Shown one piece after another: positions 13,938 to 26,777 of a stretch of 64,000 nucleotides of DNA. Positions within the stretch are counted from its first letter, which is position 1. Every line of letters begins with the position of its first letter. Source of the stretch: Vicugna vicugna (lineage: Eukaryota); assembly GCA_013265495.1 (NCBI GenBank), contig MU058531.1:1922911-1986910 (forward strand). The letters run 5' to 3'. The position numbers were made by a program, and so were the translations under genes. The notes beneath the pieces were generated by a model. It did no database searches. It was not told where the DNA came from and worked only from the letters and a program-made list of their open reading frames with translations.

Positions 13938-14119
13938 CCGTTTGTCAATGTCATTGTGTTGGAGCTGCACAAAGCGAGCGCTGATGGCTGCAATGTAACT
14001 CTGCTGATTGGAGAACGCCACGCGGCCAGCACCTTTGGGGTACTTCAGCTCTGGGTCGGTATCAATGCCAGCATAGCAGACACCACCATACAAACGGTCC
14101 ATGATCATTGCCAGTTCAA
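13938..14119 (-). CDS. CPEB3: CPEB3 coding exon (182 nt, phase 1-0): (V)ELAMIMDRLYGGVCYAGIDTDPELKYPKGAGRVAFSNQQSYIAAISARFVQLQHNDIDKR; RRM2
   Basis: Acceptor tttcttgcag|TT, donor CGG|gtaagc. HNDIDKR distinguishes CPEB3 from CPEB2 (HGDIDKR) and CPEB4 (HGEIDKR), as I recall them. Confidence 0.97.
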
Positions 14120-17100
14120 CTGCAAGAAAATAAACACGATTCTGTACAAACTGTATAAACACGATTCCGCTTTTCCCAGAAGGAAGGATTCTTTAAGAAC
14201 CATGCAGTGGAATTAAGAAGAGGAAAACCCACGAAGAGTATCCACACCAGTCTTACAACTCAAGTAGGGGAGCTCTTTACAGGATATTGGAAAACAAAAT
14301 GAAAAAAATTAAAAATTCACAGACACACATACATGTGAATTTACATAACAGAACTTCATCAACAGTATAAAAGAAATAATCTATCAGTAATCCTCCTGCT
14401 CTAATTTCTAACTGCTTAGTCCACAGGAGCGGACGCTGGGTGGGCAAAGCATTTCACAGAGCCCTGACAAGTTAATAAGAAACAGCTCTACTTACTGACC
14501 TCTAGGACTGAAAGCAATTGCTAAAGTCACACTACTGTATTAAGATAAAGCTATAGAAAGAATTAACTCATTTTAACTAGAGGCAATATGTTTGCAGCCT
14601 TAAACTACATCTCTACAACTAAAAAAAAGTATTTTTAGAGCACATTCTATCCCAATAGAGAAATCTCCACACTAAATTCTAAATACTACTACTAACAGTG
14701 ATGACAGCAGCAATGAACATTCACGGAGCACTTACAATGTGCCAGGAAACACTAAGCTGCTGCAAAGGCAGTAAAAACATACCCATCCTGCACCCTGCTA
14801 TAAGTTCAGGGGTCGGATCTGTACTCCTCACCAGATTTCTTCTAAATATACCTTCGTATTGGTAGATCTGCAAAATACTTGCACAGAAGGCATCTGAAAA
14901 CTGGACCATTCCAAAGGTCTGATATTTCTAAAATTGTCCTCACCAAAAAGGTACCATGGAGAGACATACAGCAGTTACTTACCTGGATCCGAACTGCCTG
15001 AAGGTAATTGTTTACTTGATACTGGATGGCACCTCCTCCAGGTACGGCCATTTCTTTCAGGCCACTCATACGGTTTAAGTCCAAAAGACTTAGCCCTACC
15101 CCTGGGGAATGATCCAAGAACCTACTTTCCTCAAACACCTACATACGGTATTTGGGAAGGAGCAGACAGGGAAGACAGATGATGACCTGGACCACAGCCA
15201 GCGTGCAAAGACCATCAGACGGTATTGCTCCACAGGAGCCAGTCCCTGGGGAGAAGGGAAGCTGGCACAGCCTGGCGGGGCAGAGGAAGAACTCTGCAGC
15301 AGACACAGGGCTTTAGGGCCGAACGGTGTAAGAACTTCCCCGGATTTCTACAAACAGAAGGAAGGCCAAGGACTACTGGTTCCTGGAATAGGAAGTTGCT
15401 GAGGCAGTAGGAAAGCTGTGTCACCTGACTTTCTATTTAACTTCTTCAAAATCTCTCCACAAACCAGACTGCCTCACACTGGTAATTGCTTTCTAAGTGC
15501 CTGTTAATAGGAAGAATGGCCTGCAACCAACAGGTAAAATTTCAGAAGGTGAGAAAATAAGCTAGCAAGATCTAAGCCCAAGAATAAGCAGAAAGCTAGC
15601 CCAGTGATCCCATTCTGATCAGAATGACTGAGTCACAGCAGCCAAGGGAGCTTTGCTGGTTAGAGCCCACGTGGACCCTGACTGCAGTCTCGGGGCAGGA
15701 TCCAGGAATCATGTTCATTCAAACCATGCAGTAAGAATCATGCTCATACCCTGAATTGTTATTCCAGTTACAGAGAGCAAGAAACTGAGGGTGGAATTAA
15801 CTAACCGCATTAATGAATTTCCTTTACTGGTCAAGCGGGCTTAGTGAAATATGTAACCTCAGGGCCTGGAAATGAAACACTAATTTTCCAAAGACCTGGC
15901 ATCCTCTGGAATGGAAGGAGAGAGTGAGCTCTCCCCACGTCTCGTGAACGGCAGGAGAAGAATGCCGGGAAGGGACAGAATGGCACTCGTCTCCCCTTTT
16001 AGGAAGGACTCCAGAAAGTGTCTAATTTAGAAAGAAGGTATACACACCAGCTATAAGCTTGAAGTTCCAGCTGAAGAGCAGAGTGACTGTAACCACAGGG
16101 TCTTCTACTGCATTGTGGTCTCCAAAGCAGCCCTGGGGATCCTCAGATGCCACAGAAGGCGTCTTCCCCAAGCAGTCTGTGGATCTAGTTGCTGGAAAAC
16201 CATCTTTAGGTGCCAAAGATTAGATCTTGGCTGATTTTGCTGGCAGTTAAGGACTATTGATAGGAAGCTGAAACCCTTGCTCATGCTTTTATGAAAACTA
16301 TAAATAAATAATTTCTGTGAACAAGCTCACATAGCCATTTTCTTGGGACCCAAAAGTCTGCAGACATTTGAGTCAATGAAGTCACTCACGTAAAGGGCAA
16401 TTTGTTGAGAAGCTAGAAGAAACCAAGGTGACTAAAGAAAGAGTTTTGGCGGGGAAGAGTATGACGATTTCCCATCTCTCTACCTTAGTCTGTATTTTAA
16501 CTGCAAAAGGTCTAACAGAGTGATGACCTTTGGAAAAAAGGAAATAATGGCCAAGCTGCTGTTTCCTCAGCCAGTCTTCACTAAAAGCATACTTCCTGCA
16601 GGCTAAACTCAAGCTGGGCTCAAGCACCAGAAGGATGTTATTTAAGTGTTAAACAGACTTTCTAATTATTGAGAAAAGTAACCAGTTGGTAAAAATAGCA
16701 TTTTTTTTTAAAAAGAAGAAAAATTAATTCATCTCCTACACTGGTGATTAACAAACACCGAGCAAGCTTTCCTCAAGTCCTACAAATTTCCAATCTGAAA
16801 ATATTTTTTATATGGAAGATACAAATTCACCTACTGATAACTAGAAATGTCCAACTACTTGTGGAGACTAGGTTTTTAAAGGATTCTTTAGAGTGGGTAT
16901 TATCTGTTAATACAGGAGAGTCCCATATAAAATCCCTTCCTCTGATGAGGGCGAACCTGAGCCAAGAAAAGGACTACCATTTTGACTACTTGGGAGGAAG
17001 AGAGAAAAACAGAAGCAAAGCAGTAAGGATCTGGCAGAAGTCAACTAAAACCTTCAAGACTCTGTCACCATCTTGTGATCTCAACCCTGCTCATGAAATA

Positions 17101-18319
17101 TGAGTCCATGATCAAGGATGTGCCTTATCTGGAAAATGTAGCCAAACTACCTACGAAACCTATAACAGTGAATCCTCATTCTAAACCATCCTCCGTAGAG
17201 GACAAGGACAGTGGAGCTCCCAGGTGCTCATTCTTAACATTTAACCTGAGGAAGATGAGGCAACCGGAGCTGGGCATACAGGTGAAGGCTGAAATTCAGA
17301 CAGATGGAGGTGACAGCAGACACAGACAGAGTCGGTGAGGAAGTCAGGAGTCTCCAAACCAATTTTTTTTTTCCTCTTCCTAATCAGACAGTGTAGTGAC
17401 CAGGCCTGTCTGGTCACCACGGGGGTACAAAACTAGGAGTTCAGGCAGCTATAGCCGAGGGCATTCTGTACTTTGGATAAGATGATCTGTGCTCCTGAGA
17501 TACCGCGAGTCATCTCATGAACAACTGTTTCAATGGTAACAGAACACTACTATGAGTCTAACGAAACACTGGCTCTTGTGATGATCTTCACGGTGTCCCA
17601 GACTAGAGAGGGAAATGGGAATACTCCAGCTGTAGTAGACACAGCATTTCTATGAATTCCTCTGGGTTGCTGTGACTATGCCTCTAACGTTGAATCTGAA
17701 CCCCAAATATGGTCCCCTGGATTTGCTCCTAATTCTTCACAGAAATCTGAAAGGGACATCAGCTCATGAGAAAGGAAATCATGATGACTCCCCACCCCTG
17801 CCCCACCCCAGGGTCCTGTTTCTATCACTGAACTAGATTTCAAAGCTAGTCTAAGGTAACATATAAGTCTGACATACTATGAGAACCAAATGGGGTGGAG
17901 CAGGAAATGAGGATTCCAAACTGTGAATCCGGAACCTACACTTCTCCTTTTGGAAATAATAAAGCAGACAGGAAAGAGGTATAAGGCACCTCAGGATGAC
18001 GAAGAGGTCCGGACTTCTGAAAGAAAGGAAACTTTATCTTGAAGGTGGATAACTAGGTTTATAACTGCTGAGTTGGTTCACTGGAGCAGTTCACACATCT
18101 TTGGTGGAGGAAATGTGCTCAGAACCTTCCACTCTGAATGAGACGTTGCTAAGAATAGTTTCAAATAAATGGTACGAACAACCAACTAAGTCAGAGAGCT
18201 AAGAGTGTTTAACTTGTCTGAATCGTACCGGTCCCAGGTTGATCATTATTACTGTTACTAAGAGATCATCTCAGATCTCAGCTCAATAAAGCAGCTTCCT
18301 TCTAGGCAAAGAGCCCCAA

Positions 18320-18516
18320 ACTTGAAATATGGAGATCTGAGTTTGAATCTTGGCATTTTCACTCATGCAACCTTGACTAATCACCCCCTTGGAACTCTGC
18401 TTCCTTATCTCTACGATAAAAAGTCAACCCCTTACAACCTCAGAGGGTTATCATGAGGATTAAACATGCAGAGAGCTCTGAGCACTCTGCTGGGCACAGA
18501 CTGGTGCTCAAATGTT
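18320..18516 (+). mobile_element. MIR SINE
   Basis: ctgagtttgaatcttggc..ctctgcttccttatct..cctcagagggttatcatgaggattaaa..gtgctcaaatgtt. Confidence 0.7.
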
Positions 18517-21500
18517 CAGTTTCGTCCAGGGGTTGTTTTCCCCTCTACTTGTAAATCTTTGCTTAACATTAACTTGGCCTGGTTCCTGCTCCAGAAGCAC
18601 CAATTCATCCCAGTCTGGCTTTGGCTGTATGCTAGTATTACTCAACCTGCTACTGACAGGGCAAACTTTGGCACTGCTTGTGAGTGAGGGTTTGCTCTGC
18701 TGGAGGAGGGAGTACATGAACCTGACCAACATTAAAAAAAATCTAGCCCTAAGGGCGATGCAGTTAATCAAGTCAGTATGCTGAATTTGGAGTTTATCTG
18801 AGAAAACTCATACTGAACTTGGGATGTGGTGAAAGAAAAGCCTCTAGTGCTGAGAAACTTGACATGTGGCTTCTGCTTGCTACCACTTCACTGAACAAAA
18901 AAAGGATATGGCTACAATACTCCTGTTCCCCAAATCACAAATCAGGATGTGATTCCTAATACATGTGAACCGCCAGAGTGTTTGCACAGAATATCTGAAA
19001 TAAATGCTCTCAGAAAAATTCAGCAAGTATGTTCTCTAGATTTATGCCATACATCACTGAATATTTATCTCAGAAAAATTTTTTTCCTTCCATAGAAAAG
19101 CCATCTTCACAATAGCCAAAGGAGGGAAAAAAGGTGGAGAAGGAAACTTCAGGATCCACCACAGATTATCAGAAAGGGAGAAAAAGACAGGAAAGAATCA
19201 TCAGAGTGATGGTTAGGAAGGACAGGAGACCCAAAGATGATGGGCACAAGGTAGGCTCCAAGGACTCAAGACTGATCTGTTCTGCAGGACCCGGCCAGAT
19301 AAGCTGTCAGGAGGCAGTCAGGATCGGGAGCACCAGCTCACATGCCACTAATGAGAAAGGAAGCCTGAGGGTTTTTCAAGCCTGGTCGAAGTTGGAAGTG
19401 GATGGGTCCCAAAGCTTGATCACTGCGGCAGCCCTCAAGTGAGATGTCTAAGCCAAGAAGCTGGAGTCAGAGAATACTCATGTTTACAAAGTGGGGGAGA
19501 GTACAGGGAGCAGACCCTTCATTTTCCACTTTTTCCTGGGGGTCTCCTCGTAAATCCCAAGCTTGGTACTTAAATTTGCTCTCAGAGCAAAGAGATGCAT
19601 CCTGGAGACGTTCTGATGCCATAGGGATACACAACAGGGCTATTTCCACATTGGGATTTAGGCAGACACGTTGCTTACATCCAGGCGGTGTCGAGGGAGT
19701 ACCAGACAGACCACTCCTTTCCCTGCACGGACTCTCTGAAGAGCATGTACTCTTTAGCCACTTGGTGGCATGGTGAGTCTACCTACAGCCTTCCCTAGCA
19801 TGGGGGTGGGAAGGGGGGGAAGCCGAACGAAAACAAGACCTCAGACACACCAGGAGACTTCAGGCAAACCATCCTTGGCTTGTCACCGTCATGGATGGGA
19901 ATGATGGAAGGGAGAGACCAGAGATGGTAGGAATGTATCATATTTGACCTAGAGAAGGTCAAACAATCAGGCAATTCAACTGTGGGTAAACCCATCTAGG
20001 TTTCCCAGTGATATTTTCCCATTTTCAGGGTAATTTTTCTAGGCCTCTGATGTTTCTCCAACATGAATTTTTAACAGGCAGGCTTGTCAAAGGATCAGAA
20101 GGAGCAATCTAAACTCAGGCAATACTGCTTTAAACAGGTTGTCTTGTTTCTTTAGAAGTGTTTGTTTATTTCTATTTGGTGGAATAAAGACTATGTTTAG
20201 AATAATTTATTAGTGATAATAGTCCCTGTCTTACAATGAGAAAATATTAAAGATAAAAAGCTTTACAAGATGCAAAGAAACAATTGTTGAGTGATAACAT
20301 TTTAGTCATTGTAACATATTAAAGGACCACTTTTGGCCCAGGATAAGGTGAAAATCAATCTGGAGACATAAAAATCTCACCTGTTGAGTACCACCACTGG
20401 TATCTAGTCTAGGATCACCTTGTATATAGTGCCAGAAATAGTTTAAAGACCTTTCAGAATTCCATAACCACAATACCCCCCAGAAATAATAAAAAAATTC
20501 CCTGAAGTATTTAAAAACCAAACTTGAGAATCATTACGTTAAGGAGTATAATTTAGCATCCAATTAATTCTGAGTTAGTATTCTATTCATAGTTTTCTCT
20601 TTTTCTTCTGTTCTGAAATCTCTGACTCTGTGGATGACGACCTATTCAACACGATAGTGGGATGTTCATTCAGTTTGGCATGATGTGTACTTTCTCAGTG
20701 CCAGTAACACAGTGGATGCTCAATAAATGTTTATTGCTCAAGTGAACTGCACTGTATTCAATTTAAGATTGTCTAGCAAAATCAAAATGAGTTACATTGA
20801 AAAGAGCCTTCTATTCCAAGACACACACCAGTCCACAAAGCTCAGTGTGTTCCAAAGAAATCCAATTCTATGCACACAGATAAAAGCTGCAGATGTTAAC
20901 TTTTTGTCCAGAGTATGTGGCCTCCAATCTGGAAGTCTTGGATAAATAGTAAAATTCTAAGATGCTAATATAGATTGTTTAGCCTTCCAGAGACTAGCTA
21001 TACTTATGGGAGGTGTTGGCATGGAGGAAAATTTCCATTGGACCAAGTGACTGTAGATTACTATCCAATAATAGCAAAAACAAAATTTTAAAACAAAAAA
21101 TTTTAGCTTACCTTAAAAAAAAAGAACTTTGAAAGTTATAAAAGGCATACTATCTAGGCAGGAGACACAAAATCCCGTTTCTGCCAAGATAAATAAATAT
21201 AATTTCTTGTTTAACTCTAGAAACTTGCAGCATTTTATAAATGCAAAATGTTAAAGAAAGAATATAATTTAGTATCTTGGATTTCCTGTCCTGGCAAGTG
21301 TCAGTGTGACCATAGAACAGTGTGAAAAACAGATCATCCTAAGATTTAGAGAGAGAAAATGATATAGAGGCCCATACCTATCCTTTCAAATCATTTAAAC
21401 GGAAAGAATAAAGGGTAAGTAATAAAAAAGGGAATTTAGTTTATAAACTACTGTGTCTGTGACTTAAAAATAGACATAGAGGTTAAAGCCAGTTCTCTTA

Positions 21501-23112
21501 TTTCTATAACTGTGGGATCTTTTCTTTCAGAAAATTTTTTTTCGGATTCCCATCTAACAAAAATGGAGAGGGGCTAAAATGTTAAAACTAATTTGTGCTT
21601 GCATTTAGCTGCAAAAAAGAACAGCTAGAATACTACCAATAAATGTCCATTTTTGTAGAATACATATGCAGTTAAAAAGCTATCAAAGGGCAGTTTTCTC
21701 CCTTTCTACTACTAAACACACACCAGTTAGAAAAAGTCAGTAATATTCCAGAGCGCGCCCCTACCCTTTTTTTTTTTTAAAGCACAAGCTGTTCAGAAAC
21801 AAAGGGCTGCATAGGCGCTCATCTCATAATGCTGTTCACGTCTGAGTTAGCCCTTCCGAGACTTTATTCTCTGACAGCAGATAAAGGGGAGGCATCTCTG
21901 CTGCTCTGCTTTTTCTTTGGGCACAGTTTCCATTGGAATGAGAACAAGACCCAAAGATATTTGGCTTTCTGAAATACCATACAATTATAAACTCCACAGT
22001 CATTATATGTTTTAAAGTCCTTCAAAATGGAATTTTTAATATATCTTTATACAGAGCTAAAGTTATCTTCTAGGAGTAGATTGGAGTTGACATTTGAAGA
22101 AATATGTTAGAAATGTTAAGGAGCATTCAGAATTAAGAAGTCACCGAAGTCATACAGCCAAACCACTGTAAGTACATTTTATAATTCTGTTTCACAACTT
22201 GATTTCAATGATCTCTGCTTTTTAAGTTAGAACTAAGTCTGCTTGCTTACATCTACTGCAGACATAACACTGCACTTTTGCAACTACAGTGGCAACGATT
22301 ACATTGTTTTTCATCTTTAAAAACTAACTTTTTATCAATTATTTTAAGCACTTTAAAAATTGTGCTGTTACAAGTAATTTTATTATATTCCATGGGCAAT
22401 AACACTGACCCACAACTAATTAGATTTATGTTTTGGATTTACATTTTGAAGTCATCAACGCAGCATCACTTCAAATGCCCCAGTCAACTCTGATTCTGCC
22501 TAATCCCTGCAGGCACAATTATATAACCACTGGAAAGGAACTTAAAAAAACAAACAAACAAACAAAAAAAAACAGGGAAGCTTTTTAAAAGTCAAAATAA
22601 AGATGCTCAAACACACTTTTCAAAGAAAATATAGGAACCTGTTTCAGCTGGGAAGAGTTCAGTCTGATTCCCAGTGACACAATTTCCAGCAGTGGTTTGG
22701 TTCGTCACCGAGTGGGCACACGGCTGCACTGGATAGATTTCTGATAGCATGATTTCTTTTTCTGTCACACATAACAGTGCTAACTGGCATAAGAATGCAC
22801 ACTGCCAAATGTATTTTTATTATTTTTTTTTAAATGTGGTTGAATAGGGAAGGACTAATTAGAATTCATCCTTCTAAAACAACAGTTTAATGAAATTCAC
22901 TCTTGCACCATAAGAAAACAGAGCATCGTAGGAGAAAACATTTAATCCTGGGTCAGCTCAGCGAAACTGACATGACAGCCTTCTTTTTTGGAGCCTGTGT
23001 ATACCCGACCAGAAACCGAGAAAATATCGAAGACTAAATGCATTGGGGATTTTGTTGTTGTTGGTTTTGTTGCTGTTGGTTTTGTTGTTTTGGTGTTACT
23101 ATTTCCACTCAC

Positions 23113-23227
23113 CAGCTCGAAGGGGTCGTGGAACTCCCCCAACAAAGATAGTTTTTCTGGGGTCCAAAGGCTGAGAACCATCCATTACAAAGTCACTGTC
23201 ACTTAGGTTCCATGGTCGAATTTGCAC
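23113..23227 (-). CDS. CPEB3: CPEB3 coding exon (115 nt, phase 0-1): VQIRPWNLSDSDFVMDGSQPLDPRKTIFVGGVPRPLRA; end of RRM1 and start of RRM2
   Basis: Acceptor tttttttcag|GTG, donor GCTG|gtgagt. The ORF track shows only other frames here; the manual translation is in frame with the flanking exons. Confidence 0.97.
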
Positions 23228-25664
23228 CTGAAAAAAAGTTGTTTACTTGGTCCTTACTTCATTTCCATCAACCCCACATGAGAATAAGGTGACTAAAGAC
23301 AAACCCACTGATCTGTGCATTTTACAACATACACAACCCAAACAAAATCCAGTTGTTAGTTAATGTAATCTGCATTAAGTGCCTTCCAGTAGAATTCTTG
23401 GGGAATCTACTTATGGGTATTATACTTGACATTCTATACATATACCATGAAACCTTCAGAAACTACCTGTGGTTTAAAAAAGGGCAGTCTTTGAGAGACA
23501 GAGTCTTGGGTTTTGAATCAGATCCATTTCAACTCATGATAGACTGTTTATAACCTGTCACAGCATAGCTCTTAGTTTTTAAAAAAAACTCACCCAAACA
23601 GGCAACAGGAACATGTAGGAATATTTTCTAAAAATTATCTAAATGTCTGGCTTTTAAATTATCACCCGCTAAAATTAAAACATTTCTCTTTCAGCAACAA
23701 GATTTAACACAGTTTAACACTCATCAAGTTAGAACGTGACTACCTGCAGTATCAAATACTGAAGGACACAGAGTTATCTACCTTTGATTTATCTGATTTT
23801 CCTAAACAAGTCTGGTTAAATAAAGGTCAGCCTAGAAACAGAAGTAAATTTTCGAGGAGTAGGAAAAGAAATGTCTATGACATGTTTCTTACTATTTGGT
23901 AATACCTCTTCACTGGGACAATGACTTCCTGCCCATAGTTTACATTATCATCAGAAGCATAACCTTGAAACATACTGCTTTCAATTCATAACTGAATCAT
24001 CAAAGAACAGCTTAAAACAAAACCACCAAAAATCCCTCCCATATCGAAAGGCGAGTTTCAGCACTGCCTGAAAACCAGTCAGTCGCTCAGCAGACCATGT
24101 GCTCTGTGAAGTGGGTCTGTCCTTGAGGAACATGCGTCTCCTTTTCCCTCATCGATTCAGACAGGAAACAAAGCAGCTGAATTTTCATTTCCTTAGTATC
24201 AACAAAATTCTTCATTTTCCGCACTGCTTAACCATCAGCACTTAACGCAAGGAAACACATGTGATAATTTCTCATGTGGTGTGGCTTATATCCAGGGGTA
24301 GTCCCGTTTGAAAGGTAGTAAATCTACCAATTTCAAAACACCTTGAATCAACTCTAAAACCGGCATTGCCCCATTAGAAACAAGCTACACATTCCTTACA
24401 ATTTTTACAGAATCCACCACCCCACCAAACCACCCCAACTTTGGGGGTTTTTATGAACCATTTGCCTTCACCAGTTAGCCAGAAGCTTTCTGGCCACCAG
24501 TTAGCCAGAAGCCATAAAATCTCCACTTCTTCCAGAGACGCAGAAACCTTGGACCTGTTTGCAATTCTGTTAACATTCAGGCATTTGCTCCATCTTTATT
24601 GCATTGGAAAAAAAAAAAAAGTCCAGTTCTTTCCTTGTAAAATTTGGTCTGTTTGACTAAATGATCATTCTCTTGACATTTACCACAAAGGCAGATTTGC
24701 TAATACCATAAAACACCACTTTTAAATGATTTCATGAGGGCCCATTATTAATTTTTAATTAAAAACACAATTTCCTGATGCTGTAAGAAAAAGGATTCTA
24801 ATGTCACCAAAAATAAATTTAAAAAATAAACAAATAAAAGTAGGGCATATCTTTTTCTATACAGAGCCCTCTCTTCTAGTCTCGTCTCTAATAAAGCAAT
24901 TAAGGCAGCTTCAGGACCTGGTAAGGTAATTCTATTCAACTTATGATACTTCAGTTTGAGCATGTGGCTCACAAATGAAAAAAACTCCTGTGTAGTATCC
25001 ATAGTGTTCTGCTTTCATTTAATCAGAAGTAGAGAAAATGCGGGTTCTGTAATAGCTGGAGGTTACTGCTGCTCAAAGGAACTCTGCAGAAGATGTCAAA
25101 CTTTCCTGCTGAGAGCTTTCCTCACTGCCTCTTCTTCCCTCCGACCCCCCCCCTTCATTACATCATACACAACCCATTCCCCTACCCTATTCTTAGTAAA
25201 AACACAGGAAGAGGACTTGGGAGACAGTAATGATTAACCCTATTCACAAAACCCACATTTCCCAGCTGCCATCACAAAACAGCTTCTCAGAGGCTCACAC
25301 CACTGCAGAAACAGAGAAATGTCAACGCGGGCCAATACCGGCACACGCTACACGCTAAGCAGAAAGTAGTATTGTGGGGCTGTTTGTGCTGAGAAGTTCC
25401 ACTCACACTTTGGTTTCTCTCACACATACAAGCCCATTCGCACACAGGGCATGTTCTCCGTCTTCTGAGGTTTATTCTCAGATCTCAGGGCCTAATACCC
25501 ACGTTCTATCTTTCTGATTTGCTCTGTGAATATACTCTCTGGTCTTGATATATATATCAGGGAAGCAAATACACGTTTCTCTACTTTTTTTAATCCCATA
25601 CTTAAAAGCTGAGTCAAATATTTTGTAGAGAAGGATAGAATATAAGTAAAACAACTGGTCTTTT

Positions 25665-25960
25665 TCACAGACATAGAATACAAACTTGTGGTTGCCAGGG
25701 GGACGGGGAGTGGGAAGGGACTAGGATTTCAAAATGTAGAACAGATAAACAAGATTGTACTGTGTAGCACAGGGAAATATATACAGGATCTTGTGATGGC
25801 TCACAGCGAACTCACAGCGAAATGTGACAATGAATATATGTATGTTCATGTATAACTGAAAAATTGTGCTCTACACTGGAATTTGACACAACATTGTAAA
25901 ATGACTATAACTCAATTAAAAAATGGGAAAATAAATAAATAAACAAATAAATAACTGAAA
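25665..25960 (+). mobile_element. 5'-truncated lineage-specific L1 3' end
   Basis: cacagacatagaatacaaacttgtggttgccaggggg...tagcacagggaaatatat...caacattgtaaaatgactataactcaat plus an A-rich tail. Degenerate TSD aaaacaactggtctttt / aaaaaacctggcctttt; internal 11-bp tandem ctcacagcgaa x2. Confidence 0.85.
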
Positions 25961-26509
25961 AAAAACCTGGCCTTTTAATTATCTTTATTCTTTGATAATT
26001 ATTTTTGAGAAAGCATGACATTCGATCTCTGCCCTAATTCAACATAAATTTCCTCTGGCAAAACAACTTTTACACATAGAGGGGTCACTGTGTGGGTGTG
26101 TTTTCTGTGTGTGAAATGACTCTCCCCTTATGCTGTCAAATAGGCTACACCCTGGGCGGTAAGAGCCTCAGCATCCTAAGAACGGGTATAAGGACGTCAC
26201 CAGAAATGATGACCATTACCTTAAACGAGCCTGACGCGGCTCCAACACCCCTTCCTGAAGTAACCTGGCCACACTTGCTTACAAAGGCGGCTCTAGGAAG
26301 AGGCTGTCTGGGAGGCGACACCCACGAGCCCTTTGGCCAGGACATGTCCTCATACCAGTGTTTACTCAAAACCAAATGTCTGTAGGGCCGGACAGGCAGC
26401 ATCAATGGGTCAAGCCTTTGGACAGGACAGTGGTTAGCAGGCTGGCAGGGACACAGCAGAGTAAACCCCTCCTTTTCAAGGAGGCACTTGCAGCTCCAGC
26501 TGAGTAGTT

Positions 26510-26695
26510 ATCGTTTGCCAACGTGTTGTCAGAATTTTTCATTTCTCAAAGGCCACTAGAAATTCAGATTTTTATGTGAAACATCAAGATTTTTTGATGT
26601 TTGGAACTAATTCAAATGTTAAAGTCATTCGTGCAGGCTAAACAGAACTATCTGTGGGCCGCATCTACTCTGTGGACCCCAGTCTATGATCTCTG
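26510..26695. mobile_element. MER45B-like hAT relic
   Basis: agaaattcagatttttatgtgaaa..ggaactaattcaaa..atctgtgggccgcatct..cagtctatgatctctg. Confidence 0.55.
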
Positions 26696-26777
26696 GCTCG
26701 AGAGGTTTAGTTATCACACAGCTCACAATGGAATGTTTTGTTCTATAAAAACACTTACGAGAGAAAATACAAAAATT

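Noticed and set aside
16942..16961. Hammerhead-like CUGAUGA-GGG-CGAA-CCU
   Set aside because: Followed by GAG rather than GAAA; the catalytic core is incomplete.
22988..23206. Antisense 72-aa ORF with a hydrophobic, TM-like segment
   Set aside because: The Val/Phe run comes from the (GTT)-rich low-complexity tract, and the rest is the antisense shadow of a CPEB3 exon.
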